From NCBI GenBank assembly GCA_934096175.1, contig CAKOLG010000003.1, forward strand, positions 1-64,000: a stretch of DNA of 64,000 nt, written 5' to 3'. The notes beneath the pieces are model-generated. The model saw only the letters and a program-made list of their open reading frames with translations. It had not been told where the DNA came from and made no database searches. The translations under genes and the position numbers were made by a program. Positions 50,411 through 60,662 of this stretch are shown one piece after another; positions within the stretch are counted from its first letter, which is position 1, and each line of letters begins with the position of its first letter. The stretch comes from an uncultured Bacilli bacterium (GTDB lineage Bacteria > Bacillota_I > Bacilli_A > RF39 > UBA660).

Positions 50411-50716
50411 TTATTTTATGTTAATAGCTACGCCACTTGGTATATCTAAGTGTGCTAAAGCTTCAACAGTCTCTTTTGTTGGATTCTTGATATCGATTAG
50501 TCTTTTATGAGTACGACTTTCGAATTGTTCTCTTGAATCTTTGTATTTGTGAACCGCTCTTAATACTGTAACTTTTTCTACTTCAGTAGGAAGAGGTACT
50601 GGTCCAACAACTACGCCTCCAGTTCTTTTAACAGTTTCTACTATTTTTCCACAAGCTTGATCAAGAACTCTATGATCATAAGCTTTTAGAGTAATACGAA
50701 CTTTGTTACTTGACAT
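50411..50716 (-). CDS. rpsJ: 30S ribosomal protein S10.
   Basis: Homology; first gene of the cluster. Confidence 0.95.
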   Translation of the reverse strand: MSSNKVRITLKAYDHRVLDQACGKIVETVKRTGGVVVGPVPLPTEVEKVTVLRAVHKYKDSREQFESRTHKRLIDIKNPTKETVEALAHLDIPSGVAINIK

Positions 50717-50846
50717 TGTAATGTCCTCCTTTCGCCTATATCTAATATAGACTTGCTCCGCAATGAATTCCCCGTCAAAGAAAGAATTTTACAACTCTTC
50801 CTAGTGTATCGGCAACCTCACACATCTAAGCAGTCATACAAAAACG

Positions 50847-50875
50847 ATTATAGCAAAGGAGCTAAGGAAATGCAA
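50847..50875 (-). promoter_or_regulatory. S10-operon promoter (TTGCAT-17-TATAAT) with a leader of about 120 nt to rpsJ.
   Basis: Consensus-like hexamers with a 17-nt spacer on the minus strand. Confidence 0.5.
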
Positions 50876-50895
50876 GCAAAAATTGCATTTTTTCA

Positions 50896-50939
50896 ACAAA
50901 AAAATACCGATTATTCTTCTATGAATAAATTTTCGGTAT
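50896..50939 (-). terminator. Terminator for gpmI: the hairpin ATACCGA..TCGGTAT spans the stop codon and is followed by a T-run.
   Basis: 7-bp stem with a T8 tract on the minus strand. Confidence 0.45.
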
Positions 50940-52413
50940 CTTTCATTTCTTTTGGCAAGGAAATATCCATGTATTTTAAAATTGTTGGAGCCACATTTGT
51001 CAAATTCCCATTTTTTAGTTTTACCTTTTTGTCCAATATTATAAATGGAACGGGATTATCGGTATTTTTAGTTATAATATTGTTTTTTCTGTCAATAATT
51101 GTATCTGCTTTGCCGTGGCTACCCAAGATTATTACTTTATAAAAATTTTCTTCTGCTACTTCAAGGAGTTTTCCTAAACACACATCAACAGCTTGCAAGC
51201 TATTAATGGTAGCTTGGTAATTTCCAGTATGACCAACAGAGTCGGCATTAGCAAAGTTAACAAAAATAATATCATAATCTTTTTCCATGCATTTTATTGC
51301 CGTTTTGGCAACCGTAAGTGCATTCATTTCTGGTTTTAAGTCAAATCTTTCAACCATCGGGCTATCTACGATATAAACATCGCTATTTGCGTAACTTGTT
51401 TTTTTAGAACCGTTAAAATAGTAAGTGAGAGACGGTCTTTTAACACTTTCAACTATTTTAGCTTCGGATACTCCTAATTCTTGCATGTATTCGCTTATGG
51501 GATTAGTAATTTTTTCTTCTTCAAAAAAATAGTTTTTGTTATATTTTTTATCTATTTCAAAGAGACTATATATTTCAATTGATACCTTGCGAATAGGGAA
51601 CTCTATAAAATCATCTTTGGTAAGAGCTTCTAAAAGTGGTTCTTGGTTAAATTTACTAAAGTTTAAGAAAAGAACAACGTCTCCATCGCTAATTCGTTGG
51701 TAATTAGAAGTTTTTAGAGGTGGTATATATGTATCGTTTAATTTTTTTTGATAGCACAAATTAATCATTTGCTCAAGATTATTAACTTCAATACCATCGC
51801 CAAATAATAGTAAATTATAAAACATTTTCGTCCTTTTGTAATCTTTAGTTTCATCTAAAGCGTAATATCTTCCACATAATGATGATATACATATTTTATT
51901 ATCAAGTAATGGTTCAATGTTTTGTAAATATGAATTAAGAGAATTTTTATCGCTATCAATTCCATCAGAAATTAAATCTAAATATATTTTGTTAAGGAAA
52001 TTTTGTTCTTTTAATATAGTCAATATTTTACTTAAATAGTTAATATGTGAAGATACTCCACCATCGGAAAGGAGAAATAAGATATGTAAATTTCCTCCGT
52101 GTTCTTTAAGAGAGTTGACCATTTTTATAAAATTTGCATTTTCTTTAAGTTGGTTATTAGATAGTTGTTCATTTATTTGAGACAGTTTATGTTTGATAGG
52201 GCGGCCAGCACCAATTATTTTGTGGCCAAAGGTACTATCAATAGTCGCTTCTTTAGTAATGCCTAAAGCTTTATCAGAAGTTTTTAGTAAACAATGGGGG
52301 TAATTATTCCATGCATTAATAAAATTACTCATACCAGCATTTTTAATAGCATTTCCATATGAGTCTTCTCGCATGCCAAAACCATCTAAAATAATAGTTA
52401 AAATTTTTTTCAT
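50911..52413 (-). CDS. gpmI: 2,3-bisphosphoglycerate-independent phosphoglycerate mutase.
   Basis: 500 aa; ADSVGHTG motif; glycolytic context. Confidence 0.9.
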   Translation of the reverse strand: MKKILTIILDGFGMREDSYGNAIKNAGMSNFINAWNNYPHCLLKTSDKALGITKEATIDSTFGHKIIGAGRPIKHKLSQINEQLSNNQLKENANFIKMVNSLKEHGGNLHILFLLSDGGVSSHINYLSKILTILKEQNFLNKIYLDLISDGIDSDKNSLNSYLQNIEPLLDNKICISSLCGRYYALDETKDYKRTKMFYNLLLFGDGIEVNNLEQMINLCYQKKLNDTYIPPLKTSNYQRISDGDVVLFLNFSKFNQEPLLEALTKDDFIEFPIRKVSIEIYSLFEIDKKYNKNYFFEEEKITNPISEYMQELGVSEAKIVESVKRPSLTYYFNGSKKTSYANSDVYIVDSPMVERFDLKPEMNALTVAKTAIKCMEKDYDIIFVNFANADSVGHTGNYQATINSLQAVDVCLGKLLEVAEENFYKVIILGSHGKADTIIDRKNNIITKNTDNPVPFIILDKKVKLKNGNLTNVAPTILKYMDISLPKEMKDTENLFIEE

Positions 52414-52511
52414 ATAATCATGCTCCTACATAAATATAGCATACTCTTCGTGATAACTCACGCTTTTTTGTGTTTTTTGCGTAGCATAAAAAAATTGCTT
52501 TTAACTAATTG

Positions 52512-53273
52512 TTAATAAGCAACTCTTCCTTCTTCGAGCATTAATTTATCTACAATTATAGCAATAAATTCGCCATTGGTAGGTTTGGTTTTATAATAGT
52601 CTACGCAATTGGAAAATAGATCGTTTGAGTATTCGTAGTTGCCTCTATCCCAGCCTGTTTCAATAGCACTCCTAATAGATCTTTCTATGCAGCTTTCTTT
52701 TTTGCTAAAAGCAACAGATACCATTGGATATATTTCTTTGGTGATGCTAGTGAGTAATCTAGGATTTAGATAGCATTCATAAATTGCTTTTCTTAAATAA
52801 TGAAAGCCATTTTTGTCTGGTGCAATCCCTAGTTTTTTTAACATTTCTGCTATTTTTTCATAAGTATTTATTTTGTGATAATTGTATTTTTCTTTTTTAT
52901 TATTTATTTCTTGTAAGGATATTATTAATTCTTCTATTTTGTAATTTTTAGGTATTATATTAAAAATTTGATATTTAGATTCTGATAAGTTATAACAATC
53001 TAGTTTTATATTATCGATTATGATTGTTCTAGATAATAATATTTCATCATCATATTTTTTTAATAAATCTAGAACATTTTCATCTTCTAATGTTCCATCA
53101 ACAATTATAGCATCTATTTTATTTTGTTTGTCATTTATTATTTTTAAAGCTTCTTTGTAATTATAAGCTTCATATTTAATTTTTATTTCGGTGCTTCTTT
53201 TACTAAATTCTTCTTTTAAAATACTGATTTCTTTCTTACTACATACTACTAATGTGTTTATTTCATTTTTCAT
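52512..53273 (-). CDS. Spo0A-family regulator. It combines a clear Spo0A_C DNA-binding domain with an atypical receiver-like domain that lacks the conserved Asp-Asp pair.
   Basis: C-terminus GIAPDKNGFHYLRKAI...ITKEIYP...ERSIRSAIE..W.RGN...LF...KPTNGEFIAIIVDKL matches the Spo0A C-terminus. The N-terminus keeps the beta3 Asp (IIVDG), Ser and Lys but has CSKKE in place of DD. Confidence 0.8.
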   Translation of the reverse strand: MKNEINTLVVCSKKEISILKEEFSKRSTEIKIKYEAYNYKEALKIINDKQNKIDAIIVDGTLEDENVLDLLKKYDDEILLSRTIIIDNIKLDCYNLSESKYQIFNIIPKNYKIEELIISLQEINNKKEKYNYHKINTYEKIAEMLKKLGIAPDKNGFHYLRKAIYECYLNPRLLTSITKEIYPMVSVAFSKKESCIERSIRSAIETGWDRGNYEYSNDLFSNCVDYYKTKPTNGEFIAIIVDKLMLEEGRVAY

Positions 53274-53343
53274 ATGTGTCCCATCCTTTTATTTTATTAT
53301 AATCATTTAATAATAGATTTTTGTCGATTTATGTTTGGATTTG

Positions 53344-54531
53344 TTATTCATCACTTATATTGTCAATGCAAGGTAAACTACCATTGATTATATATTCTAG
53401 TGTAGCTCCACCACCAGTAGATAGAAACGTAAAATATTCTTCCAGGTTAAAGTGTTTAACAGCACTTACGCCATCGCCACCACCAACTATTTTAATAGCT
53501 TTGGATGCAGCTATACTATTTAATATTTCTCTTGTACCATTGGCATATTTAATGTCCTCATACTTTCCTGCAGTACCATTAACAAAAATTGTAGCCGATT
53601 GTTCAATTATTTGTTTATATTTTTCGATAGTTTTAACGCCAATATCATAAATGATATCATCGTCACCAATTTGGTCAATTGGAACAATATTAACAAAATC
53701 TTCGTTATATTCTCGGCCTATTATTGCATCAACAGGAAGCATAATTTTATTTTTATTATTAATTAAGAATTGTTTAATTCGATTGATGGTTTCAGGATCT
53801 GTTGTTCTGAGTGAACTGCCAACATTAAAGCCCAAAGCGTGTAAACAAGAGTTAGCTATTCCTCCTGTAATTAACAAGTGATCACATTTAGGAAGTAAAG
53901 ATTCAATTAAATCTACTTTGTCTTCTACCTTCGCACCACCCATTACGATTGTAAATGGTTTAGTAGCGTTTAAAATATGCTGATCTAACATTTCTATTTC
54001 GTGTTGAACAAGAAAACCGATACAATTTGGTAAGTAGTTAGCAACCCCATAGGTTGAAGCATGTTTACGATGAGCAGAACCAAAGGCATCAAAACAATAA
54101 ATATCCGCTAGACTAGCCCAATATTCAGACAATTGAGCATCGTTTGTGCTTTCTAATTTATCAGGAACGTCTTCAAATCTAGTATTTTCTAAAAAAAGTA
54201 TTTCCCCAGGATTAAGAGAATTTATTTTTAATGCTAAATTTATATTTCTAGTTTGAGGTGAAAAAAATATTTTAGTTTTAATTAGTTTTTGTAAATGAGC
54301 AGCTACTATTTGTAAGGAGTTATTTGCTTTATCTTCTTCTTTTTTAACTTTGCCAAAATGAGATAGAATTATTATTTTAGCTCCATTATTTATTAAATAA
54401 TTAATAGTGTTTAAGGACGCCATAATTTTACTATCGTCTAATATTTTATTATTTTTTATAGGAACATTAAAATCGCATCTTAATAAAACTTTTTTATTTT
54501 TTACATCCATGTCTTGTATTTTTCTCTTCAT
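53344..54531 (-). CDS. pgk: Phosphoglycerate kinase. Start placed at MKRKIQ.
   Basis: RCDFNVP motif; ATAGGTGA RBS. Confidence 0.95.
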   Translation of the reverse strand: MKRKIQDMDVKNKKVLLRCDFNVPIKNNKILDDSKIMASLNTINYLINNGAKIIILSHFGKVKKEEDKANNSLQIVAAHLQKLIKTKIFFSPQTRNINLALKINSLNPGEILFLENTRFEDVPDKLESTNDAQLSEYWASLADIYCFDAFGSAHRKHASTYGVANYLPNCIGFLVQHEIEMLDQHILNATKPFTIVMGGAKVEDKVDLIESLLPKCDHLLITGGIANSCLHALGFNVGSSLRTTDPETINRIKQFLINNKNKIMLPVDAIIGREYNEDFVNIVPIDQIGDDDIIYDIGVKTIEKYKQIIEQSATIFVNGTAGKYEDIKYANGTREILNSIAASKAIKIVGGGDGVSAVKHFNLEEYFTFLSTGGGATLEYIINGSLPCIDNISDE

Positions 54532-54628
54532 ATCGGTCACCTATTTTATTATAAGTTATGTATCATTGATGTTCAAACTAACTTGACTGTTCTTTACATA
54601 AAAAAAGTGTCTATTAGACACTTTTTTG

Positions 54629-55639
54629 TTATTCAATATTCATTAACTTTTTAGCTGTTCTCATCATTTGGGCTGTATAACCCATTTCATTATCGTACCA
54701 CGCAACTATTTTTACAAGTTGTTTGCCTTCGCTTTCTAAAACATTAGTCATCAATCCATCAACTAAAGCACCTATTTTTTTGCCAATTACATCGCTTGAT
54801 ACAACGGGATCCATAGTTATTTTTAATGTTTCATTTTGATTTTTAATAAACAGTTTGTTTATTTCTTCAACAGTGGTGTTTCTTTTTAACTCTAAGGTAA
54901 CATCTATTACTGAGCCATCGCTTACAGGAACACGGAAAGCATTACCATCTAATTTTCCATTTAAGCTTGGAATTACTTTACCAATAGCAGTTGCTGCGCC
55001 TGTTGAAGCAGGGACAATATTCATTGCACAAGCTCTACCTCTACGAGCTAGGATTCCTTTTTTATGTGGCATATCCAATGTAGCTTGATCATTGGTATAG
55101 GCATGAACTGTTGTCATATACCCTTTAACTATACCAATGTTGTCTTCTATTACTTTTAAGACAGGTGCTAAACAATTAGTTGTGCAAGAGGCAGCTGAAA
55201 TTATTGTTTCTGTGCCGTCTAAGTTTTCTGAATTTACATTATATACGATAGTTTTCATATAACCTTTGCCAGGTGCTGAAATTATTACTTTTTTTGCACC
55301 AGCTTTGATATGTTTCTCGGCATCTTCTTTTTTAGTAAATAGTCCTGTACATTCAAGTACTACATCTACACCAAGTTCTTCCCAAGGAAGATTGATTGGA
55401 TCTTTTTCAGCATAAACTTTTATTCTTTTACGATTATTTATAATAAGTTCATCGTTTTCAAAAGTGATTAAATCTTCATGAAAAGAGCGATGATTTGTAT
55501 CATATTTTAAAAGATAAGCTAATGTTTCTGCATCTGTTAAATCATTTATTGCTACTACATCAAAATCATTTCCTGTTATCATTTCTCTAAAAGCCAATCT
55601 ACCGATACGGCCAAAACCATTTATTGCTACTTTTATCAT
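54629..55639 (-). CDS. gap: Glyceraldehyde-3-phosphate dehydrogenase.
   Basis: INGFGRIGR and SCTTNCLAP motifs. Confidence 0.95.
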   Translation of the reverse strand: MIKVAINGFGRIGRLAFREMITGNDFDVVAINDLTDAETLAYLLKYDTNHRSFHEDLITFENDELIINNRKRIKVYAEKDPINLPWEELGVDVVLECTGLFTKKEDAEKHIKAGAKKVIISAPGKGYMKTIVYNVNSENLDGTETIISAASCTTNCLAPVLKVIEDNIGIVKGYMTTVHAYTNDQATLDMPHKKGILARRGRACAMNIVPASTGAATAIGKVIPSLNGKLDGNAFRVPVSDGSVIDVTLELKRNTTVEEINKLFIKNQNETLKITMDPVVSSDVIGKKIGALVDGLMTNVLESEGKQLVKIVAWYDNEMGYTAQMMRTAKKLMNIE

Positions 55640-55654
55640 TTTTTATTCCTCTTT

Positions 55655-57322
55655 CTATTTGTAATGCTCAAATGCACTTTTCCCTATAAATTCACATAAT
55701 ATTGAATCATCTAAAACATAATCTGAAGGGATTGGGAAGAAGTTTTTTAAAAAGTTTATTAATCTTCGAGCTTCGTTATATGCTGGCGAATCGCTTTTTA
55801 CGGAATATAGTAATGGTTCTACATATACTTTTAAAACGCCAACTTCATAGACTAATGAAGTGTTCACTATTTTATCTACGTTGTTAATGTATGGAAAAAT
55901 ATACTTTTCTTCTCCTGCTCGTACAACATTCCAATAACTGATTGTTTTTCCGACATCTGTGGCACGAGTTCGATTATCACGGACAATGCGACGCATTAAT
56001 CTAAGATCTGTTGTTGATATATAATTATGACGGTCAATATTAAGGGGCATAAACGGGCTTAAATAAACTTTATATTTTAATGATGCGTCTAAGTCTGGCG
56101 TCATTGCATCATTAATACTGTGCAGTCCTTCCATTAATATTATAGCGTTATCACCCAATTTAGTTGGGGTACTAGCAAACTCTTTTTCACCGGTTACAAA
56201 GTTAAAAGTTGGTAACGAAACCTTTTTCCCAGCAATTAAATCTTTTAATTGTTTATTAAGTAATTTTAAGTCAATTGCTTCCAAGCATTCAAAGTCATAG
56301 TTGCCATTTTGATCTTTAGGTGAATCTTTTTTTTCTTTAAAATAGTCATCAACTGAAATCATCAGCACTTCATATCCACGACTTCTTAATTGTAATGCAA
56401 CTTTTTTAGTTGTTGTTGTTTTACCAGATGAAGAAGGCCCTGCAAATAATACGTAACGGGCTTTTTTCTTAATAATATCATCAACAAGGTCATGTAATTC
56501 ATTGTTAAAATTTGTTTCTGCTATTTTTATAAGATTTTCTATTTTACAATCAGCAATGCGTTTGTTTAAATCAGCAAGATACGGTATTCCCAAGCTCCTA
56601 ATCCATTTTTTGCTGTTATCAAAACATTTTATTACGTTTTGATAATGAATATATTCAGGAACTTTAAATTTTGTAATTGGCGAAGGAAATAGTAAAACTA
56701 ATTTATTTTCACCTAAATAAACTAAATCATATTTGTTTAAACAGCCTGTACTATATGGCATTTCTGAATAAAAATAGTTAATATAATTTCTTAGTTTATA
56801 TAATGTAACTATATTGTTTGTTATGTTATGAATATTCTGCGCTTTTTCAGGCGCTTTTACTTTATTATAATAATTAATAGCTTCTTTAGTATCAACATTT
56901 AAGTTATAAATTCGTTCATCATTATTTATTATTTCATTCATTTTAGTTTTTAGCTTTTTTGCATCAACAAGAGTAAATTTTTTTTCACTAATTATCGTCA
57001 TATGAATGCCGTTAGCAATTGAGTGATCGAAATTAATTTCATAATCTTGACCAAAGGCTTCTTTTAAGGAAACTTCAATTACAAACTCTAAACCATATTT
57101 ATTAATTTTATAGCCATTAGTACTTGTAACATCTAAAAATTTTACTTTAGTTGCTTTTGTTATCTTAGTTTCCATAGGTATTGTTTCATTATTTATTTCG
57201 GCACCAACTATATTATATTTTCTTTTTGGTTGCACTATTTGACTTAGTTCATATAATGTTGTACCTTTTTCAACTTCAATAGTCGAATCATCTTCAAAAG
57301 TTATAATGGGTTTATTTGCCAT
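55655..57322 (-). CDS. Nucleoside/uridine kinase-like P-loop protein (PRK family) fused to an N-terminal TGS-like domain.
   Basis: GPSSSGKTT P-loop and a ThrRS-like TGS N-terminus. Confidence 0.65.
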   Translation of the reverse strand: MANKPIITFEDDSTIEVEKGTTLYELSQIVQPKRKYNIVGAEINNETIPMETKITKATKVKFLDVTSTNGYKINKYGLEFVIEVSLKEAFGQDYEINFDHSIANGIHMTIISEKKFTLVDAKKLKTKMNEIINNDERIYNLNVDTKEAINYYNKVKAPEKAQNIHNITNNIVTLYKLRNYINYFYSEMPYSTGCLNKYDLVYLGENKLVLLFPSPITKFKVPEYIHYQNVIKCFDNSKKWIRSLGIPYLADLNKRIADCKIENLIKIAETNFNNELHDLVDDIIKKKARYVLFAGPSSSGKTTTTKKVALQLRSRGYEVLMISVDDYFKEKKDSPKDQNGNYDFECLEAIDLKLLNKQLKDLIAGKKVSLPTFNFVTGEKEFASTPTKLGDNAIILMEGLHSINDAMTPDLDASLKYKVYLSPFMPLNIDRHNYISTTDLRLMRRIVRDNRTRATDVGKTISYWNVVRAGEEKYIFPYINNVDKIVNTSLVYEVGVLKVYVEPLLYSVKSDSPAYNEARRLINFLKNFFPIPSDYVLDDSILCEFIGKSAFEHYK

Positions 57323-57485
57323 TGTTATCCCTCTCTTATTTTTATTTAATTATACTATTTATTTTAAAATTTGTCACAGCTTTTATAATGATTTATTTAT
57401 TTTAGACATTTATTATTTTTATATAATATGTTTTTATCAGATAAAATGTTTAAGAAAAATAATTTTTTATAAAAAAAAATTTAGA

Positions 57486-58430
57486 TTACTCTAAACTTTC
57501 TTTATTATGTTTGGCTTTATGGTTTTCAGCAAGTTTCTTTATTTTGATAAAATAATGATTAACACCAGATTTGCCTATTGCTCGACCTGTTTCTTTTGAT
57601 ATTATATCTGCTAGCTCTGCTAAAGATGTTTCTGGATATAATTCACGATAATGAATTGCTTCTTGAATGTTTTCATCTAATAAGCCTAGTAAATCATGTT
57701 CCTTTAGATAGTTTATAACTTCTAATTGTTTGAGACCTGTTTTTAGGATTTTTTCTTGGTTGGCAATCTCACAATTATTTAAACGATTTACCATATTTTT
57801 ATGATCACGATAAATTCTAATATCTTCAAAGTAAAAGAAACAATTGGTAGCAGAGAATAATTTAATAAGATCACTAATCATTTCAGCACTTTTTATGTAG
57901 ACCATATAATGATTTACTCTTTTTAAAATTTTAGATGTTATATTAAATTCTTTTAAAATTTTTTTTATAAATTCGCCTTCATTTTTTTGAGACGATGTGA
58001 ATTCTAAATGGTATCCAGCTGTACTTGGGTCATTGATGCTGCCACAAGCAAGGAATGCACCTTTTAGAAAAGAAACTTTATCGGCATTGGACTCAAGGAA
58101 ATATGAATTTGGTAATGTTTTTTTGCCATTTTTAGAAATATTTAATGTTTCTAGAATATCGATTATTTTTTCAGTGATTTCCAGTATGTATATCTGTTTT
58201 ATACGAAATCTTTTTTGAATACGAACCGTTATGTTAATATTAACTGCAAAATTTTGTTTTATATCTTTATAAATTCTTCTTGCAACCGCAGCATTTTCGA
58301 TTGTTAAAGTTATTTTATTTTTCTTTATTTGAGCAGCATATCTTACAAAGGCTGAAAGTTCAACTAAAGAGTCAATTTTATCAACAGGTATAGAAGTTAT
58401 TTCTTCTTTAAGTCTTGTAGTAAAAGTCAT
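57486..58430 (-). CDS. whiA: Sporulation/cell-division regulator WhiA.
   Basis: LAGLIDADG-like N-terminal domain plus a C-terminal HTH; adjacent to yvcK. Confidence 0.85.
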   Translation of the reverse strand: MTFTTRLKEEITSIPVDKIDSLVELSAFVRYAAQIKKNKITLTIENAAVARRIYKDIKQNFAVNINITVRIQKRFRIKQIYILEITEKIIDILETLNISKNGKKTLPNSYFLESNADKVSFLKGAFLACGSINDPSTAGYHLEFTSSQKNEGEFIKKILKEFNITSKILKRVNHYMVYIKSAEMISDLIKLFSATNCFFYFEDIRIYRDHKNMVNRLNNCEIANQEKILKTGLKQLEVINYLKEHDLLGLLDENIQEAIHYRELYPETSLAELADIISKETGRAIGKSGVNHYFIKIKKLAENHKAKHNKESLE

Positions 58431-58431
58431 T

Positions 58432-59376
58432 TTATTCGTCGCCCATTAAGTACGAAAATATTAAATATGCTGTTTTTAAGGAATCGTGACGAATATAGCC
58501 TTCTTCTATTTTAGCTATTTTATCTTCAATAAGGTGTGCACCTATTTTCTCAATATTTTTATAATCAATTTGAACTGGTGTCTTGCTTTCTGATTCAGCT
58601 AATAATTCCATATTTTTAGTTAATTTATTGTTAGCAATTACTACATCAATAGATTTTGGTCCTAAGTATTTTTCTAAAAATTTTAGGTGGTCACTAACTT
58701 TGAAACCGTCTGTTTCACCAGGTTGTGTAATGATATTACATATATACATTGTTTTAGCTTTAGATTTTTTTATAGCTTCTTGAATCTCTGGAACAATAAT
58801 ATGCGGCATTATACTTGTAAGTAGAGAGCCTGAACTAAAAATAATTAAGTCAGCTTTTTTTATTTCATCTAGTACTTTTTCTGTAACTTTTACTTGACGA
58901 TTATACTTTAAATCAACTATTTCGCGACGTGATTTTGTTATTTCACTTTCGCCAATTATTTCATAGCCTTCTTTGGTTATTCCTATTAAGTCAACATTAT
59001 CTTCTGTTAATGGCAATAATTTTCCTTTAACTTTTAATAAATCACATAAAATAGGAAGGGAATGAGCAAAATCACCTTTCATTTCTAATAAAGCAGCCAT
59101 TATTAAATTTTTTATAGAATGGTTACCAATACTACTATCGTCTTTAAATCTGTAATTAAATAAATCTTTTACATCTTTTGTTTCGGCAGACATTGCCATC
59201 AAGACTTTGGTGATGTCTCCTACTGCAGGAATTGAGAATTCTTCTCTTAAACGTCCTGTACTTTTACCGTTGTCAGCAACGCTAACAACTGCAGTGGCTT
59301 CCATTGGAAATTGAATAATTCCTTTTAATAATTGTGATAATCCACTTCCTCCGCCAAATATTACAATTCTTTTCAT
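58432..59376 (-). CDS. YvcK/CofD-like gluconeogenesis factor (UPF0052).
   Basis: Gly-rich N-terminal motif FGGGSG...; conserved yvcK-whiA pairing. Confidence 0.85.
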   Translation of the reverse strand: MKRIVIFGGGSGLSQLLKGIIQFPMEATAVVSVADNGKSTGRLREEFSIPAVGDITKVLMAMSAETKDVKDLFNYRFKDDSSIGNHSIKNLIMAALLEMKGDFAHSLPILCDLLKVKGKLLPLTEDNVDLIGITKEGYEIIGESEITKSRREIVDLKYNRQVKVTEKVLDEIKKADLIIFSSGSLLTSIMPHIIVPEIQEAIKKSKAKTMYICNIITQPGETDGFKVSDHLKFLEKYLGPKSIDVVIANNKLTKNMELLAESESKTPVQIDYKNIEKIGAHLIEDKIAKIEEGYIRHDSLKTAYLIFSYLMGDE

Positions 59377-59442
59377 AGTTTAAATCCTCCGTTTTTAATC
59401 ATATCATAGTTTTACTTATTATTAAATGATTAAAATTATGCA

Positions 59443-59466
59443 AAAATAAAAAAAGCTTTAAAGCTT
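59443..59466. terminator. Bidirectional terminator AAAAAAAGCTTTAAAGCTTTTTT.
   Basis: Palindrome with flanking A/T runs. Confidence 0.55.
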
Positions 59467-59468
59467 TT

Positions 59469-60662
59469 TTAACCTCTATTTGTCCAAGTCCATCCTTTTC
59501 TGTTTTCAAAACCAGAAATTGATTTGACAGATGTTGCTTTAGTATTATTTTTAAATATACTAAAACCGTTCCAAGTAGCGTCAGTGAAATAATAACCGTA
59601 TGATATAGCGTAATGAAGATGGGTTCCGCTAGTACAAGAGTCATAATACCAGGTACTTGGATCTCCTCCAACTGTGGCAATTATTTGACCTTTACTAACT
59701 ACGTCACCTATATTGACTTTTATAGATCTTAAGTGGGCTAACTCAACTGTATATTTTTTGCCATTAACATAAGAGTGCATGTAAATTATGTTACCGCCAC
59801 AATTGTACTTTCTTTTTACATAAACAACTGTGCCATTTGCCGGAGCATAAATATTTGTGCCAGGAGTATTACCACCTAAATCCATTCCACCATGTGGAGC
59901 ATTCCAAGCTTGTGTTATACGTCCTTTTGTTAGTGGGCGTGAGAAACTTGCTGAACCACCTAATTTTGCATAATAACAGTCATCAATGTCATCATTATCT
60001 TTGCACCCAGCCGCTTCATAAATTTTTACTAAACCTTCTTGGGCTTCAATTTGACTGTCATAATCAAGACCAATTGATGCTAGACTATCTATATAGTCAT
60101 GTAATTCATCTAATTGTGATTCATATTTTGTGATAGAGTTTTCTAATTCAACATTGTCGTTTGCCAATTTAACTTGTAGTTGCTCATTTTCATTTATTAA
60201 AGCACTTAAGTTGTCTAGCTCTTCTTGGGTATAGTTAGCAATTTGACTAATAACTGCTTGACGTTCCATCATTTCTGAAATTGATGAAGCAGAGAAAACA
60301 TAATCAATGTAGACTTCATTATTATTAATTTCCGTATATTGTAAAATATTTATTACATCTTTTAATTCTTCTGTTTTAATTTTGATTTGTTCTTGGCTTT
60401 CAGCCACTAATGTTTTAGAGTTTTCTACTTTATCTTCATTAGAAGATATTGTACTAGTTGCCTCAGAAATAGCATTTCTTTTAGCTTTAATTTTTTGCTC
60501 AGTTTCTGCTGTTAATCTATTATTGTTGTCTTTTTTAGTTTTCAACTCTGCAACTTTGTTTTTATAATCTCTAAGTGTATCAGCTTTTACTGTTGTAAGT
60601 GGTGCAAAACTAGCAAAAATAAAGGCTAGTGCTAATATGGTATTTGTTATTTTTTTTATCAT
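59469..60662 (-). CDS. Secreted M23 peptidoglycan endopeptidase with an N-terminal coiled coil (EnvC/PcsB-like partner of FtsEX).
   Basis: Signal peptide, ~200-aa coiled coil, and HGGMDLGG..HxH M23 motifs. Confidence 0.85.
   Translation of the reverse strand: MIKKITNTILALAFIFASFAPLTTVKADTLRDYKNKVAELKTKKDNNNRLTAETEQKIKAKRNAISEATSTISSNEDKVENSKTLVAESQEQIKIKTEELKDVINILQYTEINNNEVYIDYVFSASSISEMMERQAVISQIANYTQEELDNLSALINENEQLQVKLANDNVELENSITKYESQLDELHDYIDSLASIGLDYDSQIEAQEGLVKIYEAAGCKDNDDIDDCYYAKLGGSASFSRPLTKGRITQAWNAPHGGMDLGGNTPGTNIYAPANGTVVYVKRKYNCGGNIIYMHSYVNGKKYTVELAHLRSIKVNIGDVVSKGQIIATVGGDPSTWYYDSCTSGTHLHYAISYGYYFTDATWNGFSIFKNNTKATSVKSISGFENRKGWTWTNRG

Noticed and set aside
50753-51142. Plus-strand 129-aa ORF
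   Set aside because: Spans the S10 promoter and leader, the gpmI terminator and the gpmI 3' end; no RBS.
53321-53881. Plus-strand ORFs (109 aa and 76 aa)
   Set aside because: Antisense within pgk.
54855-55088. Plus-strand 77-aa ORF
   Set aside because: Antisense within gap.
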